Shown here: in pieces, positions 1 to 13,328 of the stretch
Layout: the number at the start of each line of letters is the position of its first letter
Position numbering within the stretch: the first letter of the stretch is position 1
Source of the DNA: an uncultured candidate division Zixibacteria bacterium
GTDB taxonomy: Bacteria > Zixibacteria > MSB-5A5 > GN15 > FEB-12
NCBI GenBank assembly: GCA_963806185.1
Contig: CAWDXE010000005.1
Location: 160,001-224,000, forward strand
DNA: 64,000 nucleotides
Direction of reading: 5' to 3'
Made by a program: the position numbers and the translations under genes
Notes under the pieces: generated by a model
The model's input: only the letters and a program-made list of their open reading frames with translations
The model's database searches: none
Told to the model about the DNA's origin: nothing

Positions 1-20
1 TTCGAAGGAAATCCCTGCCA

Positions 21-118
21 GGATCCCCGCTTTCGCGGGAATGACAAGCGGAGAGCGGGAATGACAACCGTGAGATTGCGAAGGTGAAGGAATGGGCCCC
101 CGCTTTCGCGGGGGTGAC
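21..118. repeat. Two palindromic REP-like (dRS3/GTC-tagged type) units: GGATCCCCGCTTTCGCGGGAATGAC (21-45) and GGGCCCCCGCTTTCGCGGGGGTGAC (94-118), plus a half copy near 55-65
   Basis: Shared CCCGC-TTTC-GCGGG hairpin followed by TGAC. Bases 23-42 match the Neisseria dRS3 consensus ATTCCC-N8-GGGAAT with one mismatch. Confidence 0.75.
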
Positions 119-218
119 ATTGGGGGGAGGCGGGGGTGACATTGGGGGGAGGCGGGGGTGACATTGGGGGAGGCGGGGGTGACATTCGGGGGAGGCGGGG
201 GGGCGACATTGAGGGGAG
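108..218 (+). repeat. G-rich tandem repeat, about 5 copies of a ~22-nt unit GCGGGGGTGACATTGGGGGGAG
   Basis: Units start at about 108, 130, 152, 173 and 195 and degrade toward the 3' end. Confidence 0.9.
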
Positions 219-278
219 GTTTGTAACCCAACGGGCTGGCGCACGAGACGGCGATTGCGAATGTTGTAGCCCTATCCG

Positions 279-311
279 CCCTCACCCAAACCCTCTCTCA
301 GAGGGAGAGGG
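279..311 (+). repeat. CCCTCACCC..CCCTCTC..GGGAGAGGG palindromic repeat element
   Basis: Imperfect hairpin; a related copy lies in the opposite orientation at 18637-18671. Confidence 0.7.
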
Positions 312-323
312 GGAAGAATGGAG

Positions 324-365
324 CGTCAGGTCACACGCCGCTAAGAAGCGTCGCAGGACCTGACG
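324..365. repeat. CGTCAGGTC...GACCTGACG palindromic repeat
   Basis: Perfect 9-bp terminal inverted repeat; a second copy at 18465-18506 shares the first 16 nt exactly. Confidence 0.8.
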
Positions 366-393
366 AAACAGAAATTCAGGGCGCAAAACAAAT

Positions 394-423
394 CAGGCTC
401 GCTGAACAACGTCGGCGAGCCTG
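394..423 (-). terminator. Probable intrinsic terminator of the basic HTH gene
   Basis: Hairpin CAGGCTCGC...GCGAGCCTG followed on the minus strand by a T-rich tract (ATTTTGTTTT). Confidence 0.5.
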
Positions 424-457
424 CATCTGGAATTCCACCAGTTCGACAAAAAGAAAA

Positions 458-790
458 CTATTTCTTCTTGCCCTTGCCGGTCGACTTCTTCGTCGCTTTC
501 TTCGTCGTCTTCTTCGCGGCTGGCTTCTTGGCGGCTTTCTTCTTGGCGACGGCCATCCACGGCGACATGCTGCCCTTCTTCAGACCAAGCGAACGGGCCT
601 TCGTCTGCACCGACGACATGGTGCGCTTGAGTTGACGGGCGATCGTCCGCGTCGGCGTCGACCGATAGGTCTTCCGGAGCGAGCTGATTTCAGTCGCGGT
701 CCAGATCTTGCCGGTCGTGGCGGTGCGGCGGGTGGCGGCACGGCGGATCGGCTTGCGAGTCATTGCTTTTCTCGGATTGCTTCTGCGCAT
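458..790 (-). CDS. Small very basic protein: Myb/SANT-like HTH plus histone H1-like Lys/Ala-rich tail (candidate nucleoid-associated protein)
   Basis: AGGAG RBS 7 nt before ATG at 790. Core WTATEISSLRKTY...IARQLKRTMSSVQTKARSLGL; tail AKKKAAKKPAAKKTTKK. Confidence 0.75.
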   Translation of the reverse strand: MRRSNPRKAMTRKPIRRAATRRTATTGKIWTATEISSLRKTYRSTPTRTIARQLKRTMSSVQTKARSLGLKKGSMSPWMAVAKKKAAKKPAAKKTTKKATKKSTGKGKKK

Positions 791-963
791 TGAGTAGCTC
801 CTTGCAACTGTTTTTCCTTCACAAGTTGTCATGGACCTACGCAATCTCAGTTTAAGCGAGATGATGACAACTCGAATAACATCGTGAAGGTGTCACAATT
901 ATTCGTTGAGGTCAAGAAAAAAGTTCTTTTGGGAACGGGATTTGAATACGTCGTGACGTGTGT

Positions 964-1713
964 TCAATGCCACTTCTGTTCAAGCTGCGTGAGCGCCATC
1001 GACGCGGCGCGCTGTTCCGCTTCTTTTTTCGACAAGCCCACACCCTCACCCACGCGTTCACCGCTGACGATGACGACGACATGAAATGTTTTCTCGTGAT
1101 CGGGGCCGTCCTCGAGAATCACGTCGTAGCGCGGCACGCCCTCTCCCTTGGCCTGGATCAGTTCGAGCAGATCACCCTTGAAGTTGCGTTGTGAGGAATC
1201 AGCGAGAATGGCGTCGCGGCGTGTGTAGAGCAGGCGCAAGACGACGTCGCGCGCAACCTCGATGCCTCCGTCGAGATAGACGGCGCCGATGACCGATTCG
1301 AAGGCATCGGAGATGATCGAGGGGCGTTCGCGTCCGCCGGCCCGTTCCTCTTCGGGGGACATGATGATGTACTTATTGAGACCGGTCTCGCGGCTGATTT
1401 GCGCGAGGGTGGATTCGTTGACCATCATCGCCTTGGTCTTGGTGAGGTCGCCCTCGCTCTCTTTCGGGAAATCGGCAAACAACTGGTCGGAGATGATGAG
1501 ACCGAGCACGGCATCGCCGAGGAATTCAAGTCGTTCGTAGGAGGGTTGAGGGGAATTGCCGGTGCGGACGGCGGAGCGATGAGTGAGGCCGGTGCCGATC
1601 AATTCGCGATCGTCGAAGCGGTACTGCAGAATCTCTTCGGTCCCGTTGATAAACTCTTCAAAGGGAAGGGACTTTTTGGTGAAAAGTCCCTTAAGAATCT
1701 GCAATACACTCAT
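964..1713 (-). CDS. rnc: Ribonuclease III
   Basis: Signature ERLEFLGDAVLGL, DAFESVIGAVYLDGG and a C-terminal dsRBD (SKKEAEQRAA). Start overlaps the fabF stop (TGATG). Confidence 0.97.
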   Translation of the reverse strand: MSVLQILKGLFTKKSLPFEEFINGTEEILQYRFDDRELIGTGLTHRSAVRTGNSPQPSYERLEFLGDAVLGLIISDQLFADFPKESEGDLTKTKAMMVNESTLAQISRETGLNKYIIMSPEEERAGGRERPSIISDAFESVIGAVYLDGGIEVARDVVLRLLYTRRDAILADSSQRNFKGDLLELIQAKGEGVPRYDVILEDGPDHEKTFHVVVIVSGERVGEGVGLSKKEAEQRAASMALTQLEQKWH

Positions 1714-2962
1714 CACCGCTTCTCGTTCAGATGTCCGAACACGACCGAGACATTGTGTCCTCCGAAACCGAACGAGTTGGAAATCGCGTAGTTGATTTGC
1801 CGGGGTCGGCTTTGATTGGGCACATAATCAAGATCGCATTCCGGATCAGGGTTATCGAGATTGATGGTCGGATGCATCATGCCGTTTTGAATCGACTTGA
1901 TGGAGACGATCAGTTCGACCGCGCCGGCCGCGCCGAGCAGGTGGCCGATCATGGATTTTGTCGAATTGCAGGCGAGTTTGTAGGCGTGATCGCCGAAGAC
2001 CGCCTTGATCGCCTTGGTTTCGGTGATGTCGCCGAGATCGGTGGCGGTACCGTGGGTGTTGATGTAGTCGATCTGTGTCCGGCTGAGGCCGGCGTCGCGC
2101 AGACCGTTTTCCATCGCCTTGCGCGCGCCGTACCCTTCCGGATGCGGTGCGGTCATGTGATAAGCGTCGTTGGTCATGCCGCCGCCGAGAATTTCGGCGT
2201 AGATGCGGGCGCCGCGCTTCTGCGCGTGGTCGAGTGATTCGAGAATCAGAATTCCCGAACCTTCGCCCATGACAAAACCGTCGCGATCCTTGTCGAACGG
2301 GCGCGACGCCCGGTGCGGATCGTCGTTGCGCGTCGACATGGCCTTGGCCTGAGCAGAAGCCGGCCATGGCGGTCGTGGTGATGGTGGCTTCGGCCCGCCG
2401 CAAACCATGACGTCGGCTTCACCGCGCTGGACAGATGCGGAAAGCATCGAGCATCGCGTGCGCCGACGAGGCGCAGGCCGAGACGGTGGCATAGTTCGGA
2501 CCGCGGAAGCCGTACTTGATCGACACGAGGCCGGCCGACATATCGATGATCATCATCGGAATGAAGAACGGCGAGACGCGGCCGGGGCCGGATTGCACCA
2601 GCTTGTCGCGCTGTTCCTCAAACGTGGCAATGCCGCCGATACCGGAACCGATGACGACGCCGCAGCGATCGAGATCGAGCGCGGCTGAGATCAAGGCCGG
2701 CATCCTTGATCGCCTGGTCGGTGGCGAACATGGCGTACTGCTCGGCCAGGTCCATGCGGCGGGCTTCTTTTTTGTCGATAGACCGCGTCGGGTCGAAGCT
2801 CTTGACTTCGGCCGCGATCTTGGTGGGATAATTCGTGGTGTCAAACCGCGAGACAAGTTCCACACCGGACTTTCCCTCCAGCAAGGCCTGCCAGAGTTCG
2901 TCGACGGTGTTGCCCAGGGGCGTGACCGCCCCCAGGCCGGTAACCACAACTCGGTTATTCAT
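1713..2962 (-). CDS. fabF: 3-oxoacyl-ACP synthase II, split over several frames by small indels
   Basis: Consecutive fragments NRVVVTGLGAVTPLGN, GPNYATVSACASSAH, RPFDKDRDGFVMGEG, HGTATDLGD, SNSFGFGGHN; lies directly after acpP. Confidence 0.95.
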
Positions 2963-3007
2963 GCTGAAACTCACGATGTAAGGTTGGAACAGCCTGAGCG
3001 CGGGCGC

Positions 3008-3250
3008 TCACTTCGGCTTTCGCCCATTCGTCTTGATGTAATTGATCGCGTCGCCGACGGAGGTGATTTTTTCCGCGTCCTCGTCGGGAATTTCCAGCCC
3101 GAATTCTTCTTCGAGCGCCATGACCAGTTCGACGGTATCCAGCGAATCAGCGCCGAGGTCATCGACGAATTTGGCTTCCGGGGTGACCTGGCTGGCTTCG
3201 ACGCCAAGCTGTTCGATGATGATTTCTTTGACTTTCTCTTCCACTGACAT
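3008..3250 (-). CDS. acpP: Acyl carrier protein
   Basis: [20 protein letters not shown] phosphopantetheine motif. Confidence 0.98.
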   Translation of the reverse strand: MSVEEKVKEIIIEQLGVEASQVTPEAKFVDDLGADSLDTVELVMALEEEFGLEIPDEDAEKITSVGDAINYIKTNGRKPK

Positions 3251-3283
3251 GTCGCATCTCCTTTTCTATCTCAAGTAATCTGT

Positions 3284-4015
3284 TTACACGGTAAGGCCGC
3301 CGTCGACCGTAATCACCTGGCCGGTGATGTACGCCGCAGCATCGGAGGCCAGGAAAAGCACCGCCGCAGCGACATCGGCAGGCGTACCGGCCCGGCCGAG
3401 CAGGACCTTCTGCATGAAGGCCGTGCGCGCCGTCTCCGGCAGATTCTTCGTCATTTCCGTTTCAATGAAGCCGGGAGCGACTGCGTTGACGGTGACCCCT
3501 CGTCCACCCAGTTCCTTGGCCGCAGATTTGGTCAAGCCGATCAACCCGGCTTTGGATGCGGAGTAATTGGCCTGGCCGGCATTGCCGGTCAAGCCGACGA
3601 CGGAACTGATATTAATGATACGACCGGAGCGTTGTTTCATCATGACCCGGGCGGCCGCTTTGGTGACAAGAAAAGAACCCTTTAAATTGATGTCAAGCAC
3701 CATGTCCCAGTCCTTTTCGTCCATCCGGATCATGAGCGTATCGCGGGTGATGCCGGCGTTGTTGACGAGCACGTCCAGTCGACCGAGACGGTCCACGGTG
3801 GTGTCAATCAGAGCGGCCACCTCGGCGGAGTCGGTGACATTGGCCTTGATGCCAATGGCGCCGTTGGGGAGTTGGGATGCGGCCTGGTCGCAGGCGGCCT
3901 GATCGATATCACTGATCACTACTTTGGCGCCCTGGCGGGCGAACTGCTGGGCAATGGCTAAACCGATTCCGCGGGCGGAACCGGTGACAATGACAACCTT
4001 GTCGGCAAATTCCAT
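3284..4015 (-). CDS. fabG: 3-oxoacyl-ACP reductase
   Basis: TGSARGIG, NNAGITRD and YSASK SDR motifs; fab cluster context. Confidence 0.97.
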   Translation of the reverse strand: MEFADKVVIVTGSARGIGLAIAQQFARQGAKVVISDIDQAACDQAASQLPNGAIGIKANVTDSAEVAALIDTTVDRLGRLDVLVNNAGITRDTLMIRMDEKDWDMVLDINLKGSFLVTKAAARVMMKQRSGRIINISSVVGLTGNAGQANYSASKAGLIGLTKSAAKELGGRGVTVNAVAPGFIETEMTKNLPETARTAFMQKVLLGRAGTPADVAAAVLFLASDAAAYITGQVITVDGGLTV

Positions 4016-4030
4016 GCGACTACATCTTTC

Positions 4031-4965
4031 TTATGCTGAGACCGGCACAAAGGCCTGAATATCGGCGAGCGTATCGAGATTGATCATGGTTTCCGGTTTC
4101 ATTTCGCGCTTGGCCAGCCCGGTCAGCACTTTGCCGGGGCCAATTTCGATCACGCGCGTCACGCCATGTTCCGTCAAGCCAGGTCATTGTCTGCATCCAG
4201 CGCACCGGTGCGGTGATTTGTTCCACGAGCAGGCGACTGACGGTTTTCCGGTCGGATACCGGCTCGGCGGTAACATTGGCGATCACCGGGACGCGGGGAT
4301 CGGCGATCGTGCGCGGTCGCGAGAAATTCGGCCATACCGCTGCGGGCGGATTCCATCAGCGGCGAGTGAAATGCGCCGCCGACTTCGAGCAGGATCGCGC
4401 GCTTGGCACCGGCCTCCTGCGCCAGTCGGATCGCTTCCTGAATGCCTTCGAAACTTCCGGAAATGACGAGCTGTGCCGGTGAATTGATGTTGGCCGGTAC
4501 GACCACACCTTTAGCCGAGGCCTGCCGACAAACCTCTTCGAGTTTTTCCAGCGTGATTCCCATGATGGCCGCCATAGTCGACGGATTGCGGCGACAGGCT
4601 TCCTCCATCAGAGCGGCGCGACGGACGACGGCCGTGACGGCGTCGTGATAAGTAAACGCGCCGGCAACGGCCAGCGCACCGTATTCACCGAGGGAATGGC
4701 CGGCGGCGTAATCAAAGGGCGGAATTTCACTTTTCAAAATGGTGAGCACGGCCAGCGAATGCAGAAGGATGGCCGGTTGCGTAATGGCGGTTCGTTTCAG
4801 TTCTTCGGCCGGGCCTTCGAACGACAATTTGGCGATATCGATCTTCATGAGATCGGAGGCGAATTGATAGAGCGCGCGGACATCGGCCGAGTGCTCATAC
4901 AGATCTTTGCCCATACCGACGTACTGCGAGGCCTGTCCCGGGAAAAAGAGTACTGTTTTGCTCAT
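4031..4965 (-). CDS. fabD: Malonyl-CoA:ACP transacylase (frameshifted in the 3' part)
   Basis: FPGQASQ, GHSLGEY and AFHSPLM; C-terminal EIGPGKVLTGL segment continues in another frame to a stop at 4031. Confidence 0.95.
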
Positions 4966-4969
4966 ATAC

Positions 4970-5959
4970 TTACCACCGCACCAGGGCCGCACCCCAGATC
5001 ATGCCGCCGCCGAAGGCCACCATGACGACATGGTCGCCCGGTTTGATTCGACCCTGCCGGTTGGCTTCGTCGAGCGCCAGTGGCACGGAGGCAGATGAAG
5101 TGTTGCCGTATTTTTCAATGTTCACAAAGACGCGGTCCATGTCGAGATGGAGCCGTTTGGCCATGGCCTCGATGATTCGCATGTTAGCCTGATGCGGGAC
5201 GAAGAGCGAGATATCTTTCGACGTCAAGCCGGCCTCGGCAATGACGTGGGCGGCCGCTTTGCCCATTTCCTTGACGGCGACTTTGAACACTTCGGAGCCG
5301 GCCATGTAGATCTTGTTTGATCCGTCCCAGGTGAAATCCGGCGTGATCGGATTAAGGGAGCCACCGGTTTTCATCCAGAGCCAGGTCCGCATGGAGCCGT
5401 CGGATTTCATGTGAGTGGCCAGCACGCCGCGATCCTCGGTGGTCGCTTCCAGCACCACGGCGCCGGCGGCATCGCCGAAGAGCACGCAAGTGTTGCGATC
5501 CTTGTAATTGGTGATTGACGAAAGGCGTTCGGTACCGGCGACGACAACGCACTTGTGGATGCCGGCCTCGATGAACGAACGGCCGATCGACAGGCTGTTG
5601 AGAAAGCCGGTACAGGCCGCGACGATGTCGAAGCAGACGGCGTTGGGAAGGCCGATCTTCTCCTGTACGACGCAGGAGAGCGACGGCAGGGTGTAGTCGG
5701 GCGTGACGGTGCCGGAGATAAGCATGTCGACGTCTTCGTGCGAGCGGCCGGCCATCTTGAGGGCGGCCGTCACGGCGGCGGCGCACATATCGGAATTGGC
5801 GATTTCAGGACCACAGATACGCCGCTCGCGGATACCGGTGCGGGTGAGAATCCACTCGTCGGACGTATCTACGATTTTCTCGAAATCAGCGTTGGTCATC
5901 CGGTGAGGCGGAGTATACGATCCGGTCCCGGTTATCCTGGCTCGAATCCTTGGTGTCAT
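4970..5959 (-). CDS. fabH: 3-oxoacyl-ACP synthase III
   Basis: AACTGF catalytic Cys, LFGDAAGA, PHQANMRI, YGNTSSAS; GGAAGGA RBS before ATG at 5959. Confidence 0.97.
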   Translation of the reverse strand: MTPRIRARITGTGSYTPPHRMTNADFEKIVDTSDEWILTRTGIRERRICGPEIANSDMCAAAVTAALKMAGRSHEDVDMLISGTVTPDYTLPSLSCVVQEKIGLPNAVCFDIVAACTGFLNSLSIGRSFIEAGIHKCVVVAGTERLSSITNYKDRNTCVLFGDAAGAVVLEATTEDRGVLATHMKSDGSMRTWLWMKTGGSLNPITPDFTWDGSNKIYMAGSEVFKVAVKEMGKAAAHVIAEAGLTSKDISLFVPHQANMRIIEAMAKRLHLDMDRVFVNIEKYGNTSSASVPLALDEANRQGRIKPGDHVVMVAFGGGMIWGAALVRW

Positions 5960-6986
5960 TGTTCCTTCCAAAGTGATTCGTAATGAGCTCATCGTGGATG
6001 CGCTCTTTGATTTTGTTGGCGGCGATGTTAAAGGCCAGGCGAATGGCGTTGGAGATGGCTCGTTCGTTTGACGATCCATGGCAAATGATCACGATGCCAT
6101 CAACACCCAACAGCGGCGCGCCGCCGGCTTCGGCATAATCGAACGTATTCTTCAGGCGGCGCAAGAAGGGCGCCAACAGAAATACGCCGAGGCGGGAGAA
6201 CAGATTGGTCTGGACCTGGCGGCGAATGGCAGTCACCAGGAGCGGTTGAACCGATTCGCCGAATTTGAGAAGAATGTTGCCGGTGAAACCGTCGGTAACA
6301 GCTACATCAACCGTCCCGGAGAGAATATCCCGGCCCTCGATATTACCCACGAAATTGATTTTTGAGTCCTTGAGCAGTTCGTGCGCCTGGAAAATGAGTT
6401 CGTTCCCCTTGCTTCGTTCTTCGCCGATGGAAATCAAGCCGACGCGCGGGGCGTCGTTGTTGAAAAGGATCGACGCATAGACGGAGCCCATGACCGCAAA
6501 TTGCGACAAGTGGATCGGTTTGCAGTCGGCGTTTGCACCGACATCGAGCACGACAGTCGGACGGCCGGTTTTCGACGGGAACAACGAGGTAATCGCGGGG
6601 CGACTGACGCCCTCGATACGACCGAGGGTGAGCAGTGAAGTTGCCATCACGGCGCCGGTATTGCCGGGCGAGACAAACGCGTCGGCCTGGCCGGTTTTGA
6701 CCAGTTTGCAGCCGACGGCGACGGAACTGTCGCGAAGTTTCAGGGCTTCGGTAGCCGGCATGCCCATGGCCACCTCAGCTTCGGCGTGCTGAATTGAGAC
6801 GTTGCCGGGCAGGTCATGGACGTGAGACAGGATTGTCTGGATGCGCTCCTGCCGGCCGACAAGAATGAGGCGCAACTTGTCGCCCAACAGACGCGCCGCC
6901 AGAATGCCACCATGAGTGATGACTTCCGGGCCGCGGTCGGCGCCCATGACATCCAATGCGACGGTGTAAGAATCGGTACCCGTCAT
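5886..6986 (-). CDS. plsX: Phosphate acyltransferase PlsX
   Basis: ALDVMGAD, SPGNTGA, LDVGAN, DGFTGN, HGSS; lies between rpmF and fabH. Confidence 0.96.
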   Translation of the reverse strand: MTGTDSYTVALDVMGADRGPEVITHGGILAARLLGDKLRLILVGRQERIQTILSHVHDLPGNVSIQHAEAEVAMGMPATEALKLRDSSVAVGCKLVKTGQADAFVSPGNTGAVMATSLLTLGRIEGVSRPAITSLFPSKTGRPTVVLDVGANADCKPIHLSQFAVMGSVYASILFNNDAPRVGLISIGEERSKGNELIFQAHELLKDSKINFVGNIEGRDILSGTVDVAVTDGFTGNILLKFGESVQPLLVTAIRRQVQTNLFSRLGVFLLAPFLRRLKNTFDYAEAGGAPLLGVDGIVIICHGSSNERAISNAIRLAFNIAANKIKERIHDELITNHFGRNNDTKDSSQDNRDRIVYSASPDDQR

Positions 6987-7016
6987 AGTCTTCCAATCCG
7001 TGGGTGTGGCTTGAAC

Positions 7017-7199
7017 TTAGGACTCTTTCACGGCGAGCATCTGATGCCCGTCATAGAAGCCACAGTGCGGACAAATGTGGTGCGGCAGTCGGCCCTGGTG
7101 GCAGTTGGGGCAGTCCACGACATTGGGAGCGGTCAGCTTCCAGTGGGTGCGACGCTTGCGGCCACGAGTCGCCGAGTGTCTACGTTTGGGATTCGGCAT
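7017..7199 (-). CDS. rpmF: 50S ribosomal protein L32 (Zn-ribbon form)
   Basis: MPNPKRRHS...RRTH with CPNC and CPHCGFY. Confidence 0.97.
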   Translation of the reverse strand: MPNPKRRHSATRGRKRRTHWKLTAPNVVDCPNCHQGRLPHHICPHCGFYDGHQMLAVKES

Positions 7200-7223
7200 G
7201 TTTCATTCCTTATACGAAATACA

Positions 7224-7742
7224 TCACTGCTCGGACAAGCCGTTCAGGCCTTCCCAGCGCGGATCAATTTGCTTACTTGTACAGTCACAGGGTCCATCGT
7301 TGAGGTTTTCACCGCAATTGGGACACAATCCTTTGCAATCTTCATCGCACAGCGGTTTCAAGTCGACTGCCAGTACCAGCGCCTGCCGGACCTGGTCGGA
7401 GATATCAACACTCATGTCCGGGCCGCGATACGAGATATACTCTTCGTCATCAATAACGTCCCGATCGGATTTAGGTGGCTGTCCCTCGGCATTGATGATG
7501 AAATCGGTGCGACCAGTCAAGTGGGTCTCAAAATCACACAAGCAACGGGCACACTCAAGAGTAACATCCGCCTCGACCTCACCCTGAACATAAAAATCAT
7601 CATCCGCTTTCTGGATGGCCAGAGCAACCGTAAGGTGCGAGACGCTTTTGAGTTCCTCGGTGAGTGGCGCTACTTGTTCGGGACCGGCCTCCAACCGTAT
7701 TCTGGCGGGAAAATCCTCAAATTCCCGCAATTTCAGTATCAT
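7224..7742 (-). CDS. yceD: YceD/DUF177 family protein
   Basis: ECARCL and PLCDEDCKGLCPNCG...IDPRW motifs; directly upstream of rpmF. Confidence 0.93.
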   Translation of the reverse strand: MILKLREFEDFPARIRLEAGPEQVAPLTEELKSVSHLTVALAIQKADDDFYVQGEVEADVTLECARCLCDFETHLTGRTDFIINAEGQPPKSDRDVIDDEEYISYRGPDMSVDISDQVRQALVLAVDLKPLCDEDCKGLCPNCGENLNDGPCDCTSKQIDPRWEGLNGLSEQ

Positions 7743-7750
7743 AGCCGCGC

Positions 7751-7780
7751 ATATTAACCAAAAGTCCAGGGGAAAGTCAA
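7751..7780 (-). promoter_or_regulatory. Putative sigma70 promoter for yceD-rpmF-fab cluster
   Basis: TTGACT-N18-TAATAT on the minus strand, 8 nt before the yceD ATG. Confidence 0.5.
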
Positions 7781-7884
7781 GTGGAATCAGATTGACCAAC
7801 ATAAAGAAAGACAAGCGGTTAGCTTGTCTTTGGCGATCACTTGACCACACAGGCCGGAGCCTTGCTCCGGTCGGTCGAGCGACT

Positions 7885-8301
7885 CTACTTGCGATGGGTC
7901 TCGTTGTATATTCGTATCCGGTTGGCGGCCCGTTCCAGGGACGACCTACATTCGGGTAAGTCTATGCCGGTTTCGCCCTTAGCAAAATTGACCAAGCGTG
8001 ACTTCTCGCGTTCGTAGGCCGCTCGCGCCCGCTCGATATCTATCTCGCCCGCACCTTCAACCGCATCGGCCAAGATGGTGGCAATGTTGTTGGAAACCTC
8101 CAGAAATCCGTTGGATACGGCCATCACATGGACATCGTCGCCGCTATCGCGGAATTCTATCTTACCGGGCCGCAGGGAAGTAATCAGCGGTGCGTGCTGC
8201 GAGAGAATGCCGAGATAGCCGTCGATGCCGGGCGCGGTAAGCGAACGGATATCACCCTCAAACTCAACCTTCTCAGGCGTCACTATGGATAGGCGAAACA
8301 T
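7885..8301 (-). CDS. atpC: ATP synthase F1 epsilon subunit
   Basis: LSIVTPEK...GYLGILSQHAPLIT; last gene of the atp operon. Confidence 0.96.
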   Translation of the reverse strand: MFRLSIVTPEKVEFEGDIRSLTAPGIDGYLGILSQHAPLITSLRPGKIEFRDSGDDVHVMAVSNGFLEVSNNIATILADAVEGAGEIDIERARAAYEREKSRLVNFAKGETGIDLPECRSSLERAANRIRIYNETHRK

Positions 8302-8304
8302 GAC

Positions 8305-9754
<1,450 letters not shown>

Positions 9755-10624
9755 CTACCCCTTGAGCGCATCGGCGCCGGAAACCACTTCAAGGAGTTCC
9801 TTGGTGATCTGCGCCTGGCGGGCCTTGTTATAATCGAGGGTCAAGTGTCTGGACCATTTCTCCGGCATTCTTGGTCGCGTTGCCCATGGCGATCATCCGG
9901 CTGCCGTGCTCGGAGGCAAACGACTCGACCAGCGCCGTCACCATTTTGGTGACCGCATAGCTGGGCATCAGCGCGGCGTAAATCTGTTCGGCGTTCGGCT
10001 CGAAAATATATTGCGAGATCGCCTTGCTCTCGGTTTGTACGGCCGGTTTGGCCACCGGCAGATACTTCTCGACCGACACCTGATAGCGCACCATCGAGAG
10101 AAACCGGGTGAAGATCATGACGATCTCATCGGTCTGTCCGGAGACGAAGCGATCGGTCAGGAATTTGACGATTTCGCGCGTGCGGTCGTAATTGAGCACG
10201 CCACCCCAGTCGCCGTAGATACTGGACGATATTGCGCTGGCGACGGCGATAGTAGTCGTTGCCCCGTTTGCCGATCGTGACCAGTTCGATGTCGATATCG
10301 ATGTATTCGGACAGCACATGATCGGCACGACGCAGGATATTCGAATTGAATGATCCGCACAGGCCGCGGTCGGACGTGATGATCACGACGGTGCGTCTTG
10401 CTTGACGGCCGCTCTTCGAAGTACGGATGAACGATTTCGCCGGTCGCAGCCAGCAGCGAGGTGGCTGAGCATTTCGTCCAGCTTCTGCGCATACGGTTTG
10501 GCCTGCTCGACGCGCTGTTGGGCGCGACGAAGTTTGGCAGCCGCGACCATTTCCATCGCCTTGGTGATGCGACGGGTCGAGATGACCGACCGAATTCGCT
10601 TTTTTACTGCACGAGTGTCGCCAT
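9755..10624 (-). CDS. atpG: ATP synthase F1 gamma subunit (multiple frameshifts)
   Basis: Fragments [65 protein letters not shown]. Confidence 0.95.
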
Positions 10625-10645
10625 CGAGAATACTCAATTAATCCG

Positions 10646-12163
<1,518 letters not shown>

Positions 12164-12221
12164 CAGTCTACTCCTTTATGTTCATTCATCATAACTTTCG
12201 ATCTCTCGCCGCGACTGGGCG

Positions 12222-12771
12222 CTAGTGCACTTTCACTTTTTCGAGCTGATCACGGATCTGATCCAGACCATGCCGAACCGAACCGTCGATGATTTCGCCT
12301 TCCACCAGAACGATCATGCCGCCGAGGGTGGCGGGGTCGACCTTGCTTACGAGAATAATTTTGCGGCCGGTCTTTTGTTCCAGGCGCGCCGTAATCTTTG
12401 CCTGTTCGTCGGCAGTCAGCGGCACGGCGGTGATGACCTCGGCGCGGCTGATTCCCTTGGCATCTTCCACCAGGCGAATGAATTCGTCGATCATCAGCGG
12501 CAGGATAACGAATCCGTTGCTTCCGCAGCAGGACGAGCAGGAATTCGACAAAGAGCGGCTGCAGGCGCGTGCCGAAGGCCGTATGAATTAGTTCGATCTT
12601 CTGGCCGTCCGGCACCTGCGGCGCGTTCAGGAAATTCATGAGCGTATAGTCGATCGCCAGCAATTGCCGGACGCCGGCAAACTGTTCGTAGGCCTGATCG
12701 ATCAGATTGCGCTCTTTGGCCGACATAAACAGGCCATTGGCGTATTTGTGGGCGACTTCCTGCGTGATCAT
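12222..12771 (-). CDS. atpH: ATP synthase F1 delta subunit (one frameshift near 12510)
   Basis: VAHKYANGLF N-terminus; AEVITAVPL...VDPATLGG...IDGSV C-terminus in another frame. Confidence 0.93.
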
Positions 12772-12776
12772 TCCGC

Positions 12777-13259
12777 TTACGCTTTCTGTACGTCGTCGAT
12801 GAACCGCCCGATCAACTCACGTTGTTTCTGGTTGTCGAGGCGTTCGTGCAAAACTTTTTCCGCGGCCGACATGGTGATAGTCACCATTTCCTGCTTGAGC
12901 TGAACTTTCGCCTTGGCGATTTCGCGTTCTAACTCGGCGCGGTGTTTGGCCTGGAGATCCTTGATCTCGGCCTGGGCCGTGTGCTTGATTTCTTCGGCGA
13001 CCCGCTTCCCTTCGTCGACCGCTTTCACGATTTCGACGCGGCGTTCGGCTTCGATATCTTTCAGTTTGGCCTGGTACTGCGCGGTGAGATCGGCGACATT
13101 GGCTTTCTGCTTGTCTATGTCGGCGAACTCATTTTCAATACGCGCGCGCCGCTCTTCCATAAGGGCCAGGAGCGGTTTCCAGGCGTACCGCTTAAGAATC
13201 CAGACGGTGAGCAAGAAGCCGAGAAGGTGCGTAAAAAATAGCGACCATTCAATATGCAT
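12777..13259 (-). CDS. atpF: ATP synthase Fo b subunit
   Basis: N-terminal TM helix, YAWKPLLALMEERR, long coiled coil; operon position. Confidence 0.95.
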   Translation of the reverse strand: MHIEWSLFFTHLLGFLLTVWILKRYAWKPLLALMEERRARIENEFADIDKQKANVADLTAQYQAKLKDIEAERRVEIVKAVDEGKRVAEEIKHTAQAEIKDLQAKHRAELEREIAKAKVQLKQEMVTITMSAAEKVLHERLDNQKQRELIGRFIDDVQKA

Positions 13260-13328
13260 GCATACTCCTATGGTATTGTCGGCGGGGCGAGCGATGCGGC
13301 ACGCCCCGACCGAAAAACCATTTGTCCC

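Noticed and set aside
108..218. CRISPR array, or the 75-aa Gly-rich ORF 136-363
   Set aside because: Units are contiguous with no unique spacers and no cas genes; the ORF simply translates the repeat.
883..897. CRP/FNR-type site CGTGA-N5-TCACA
   Set aside because: The spacer is 5 nt rather than the required 6.
5886..5959. 74-nt overlap of plsX and fabH as a special feature
   Set aside because: A simple C-terminal run-on of plsX (or an indel); no evidence of function.
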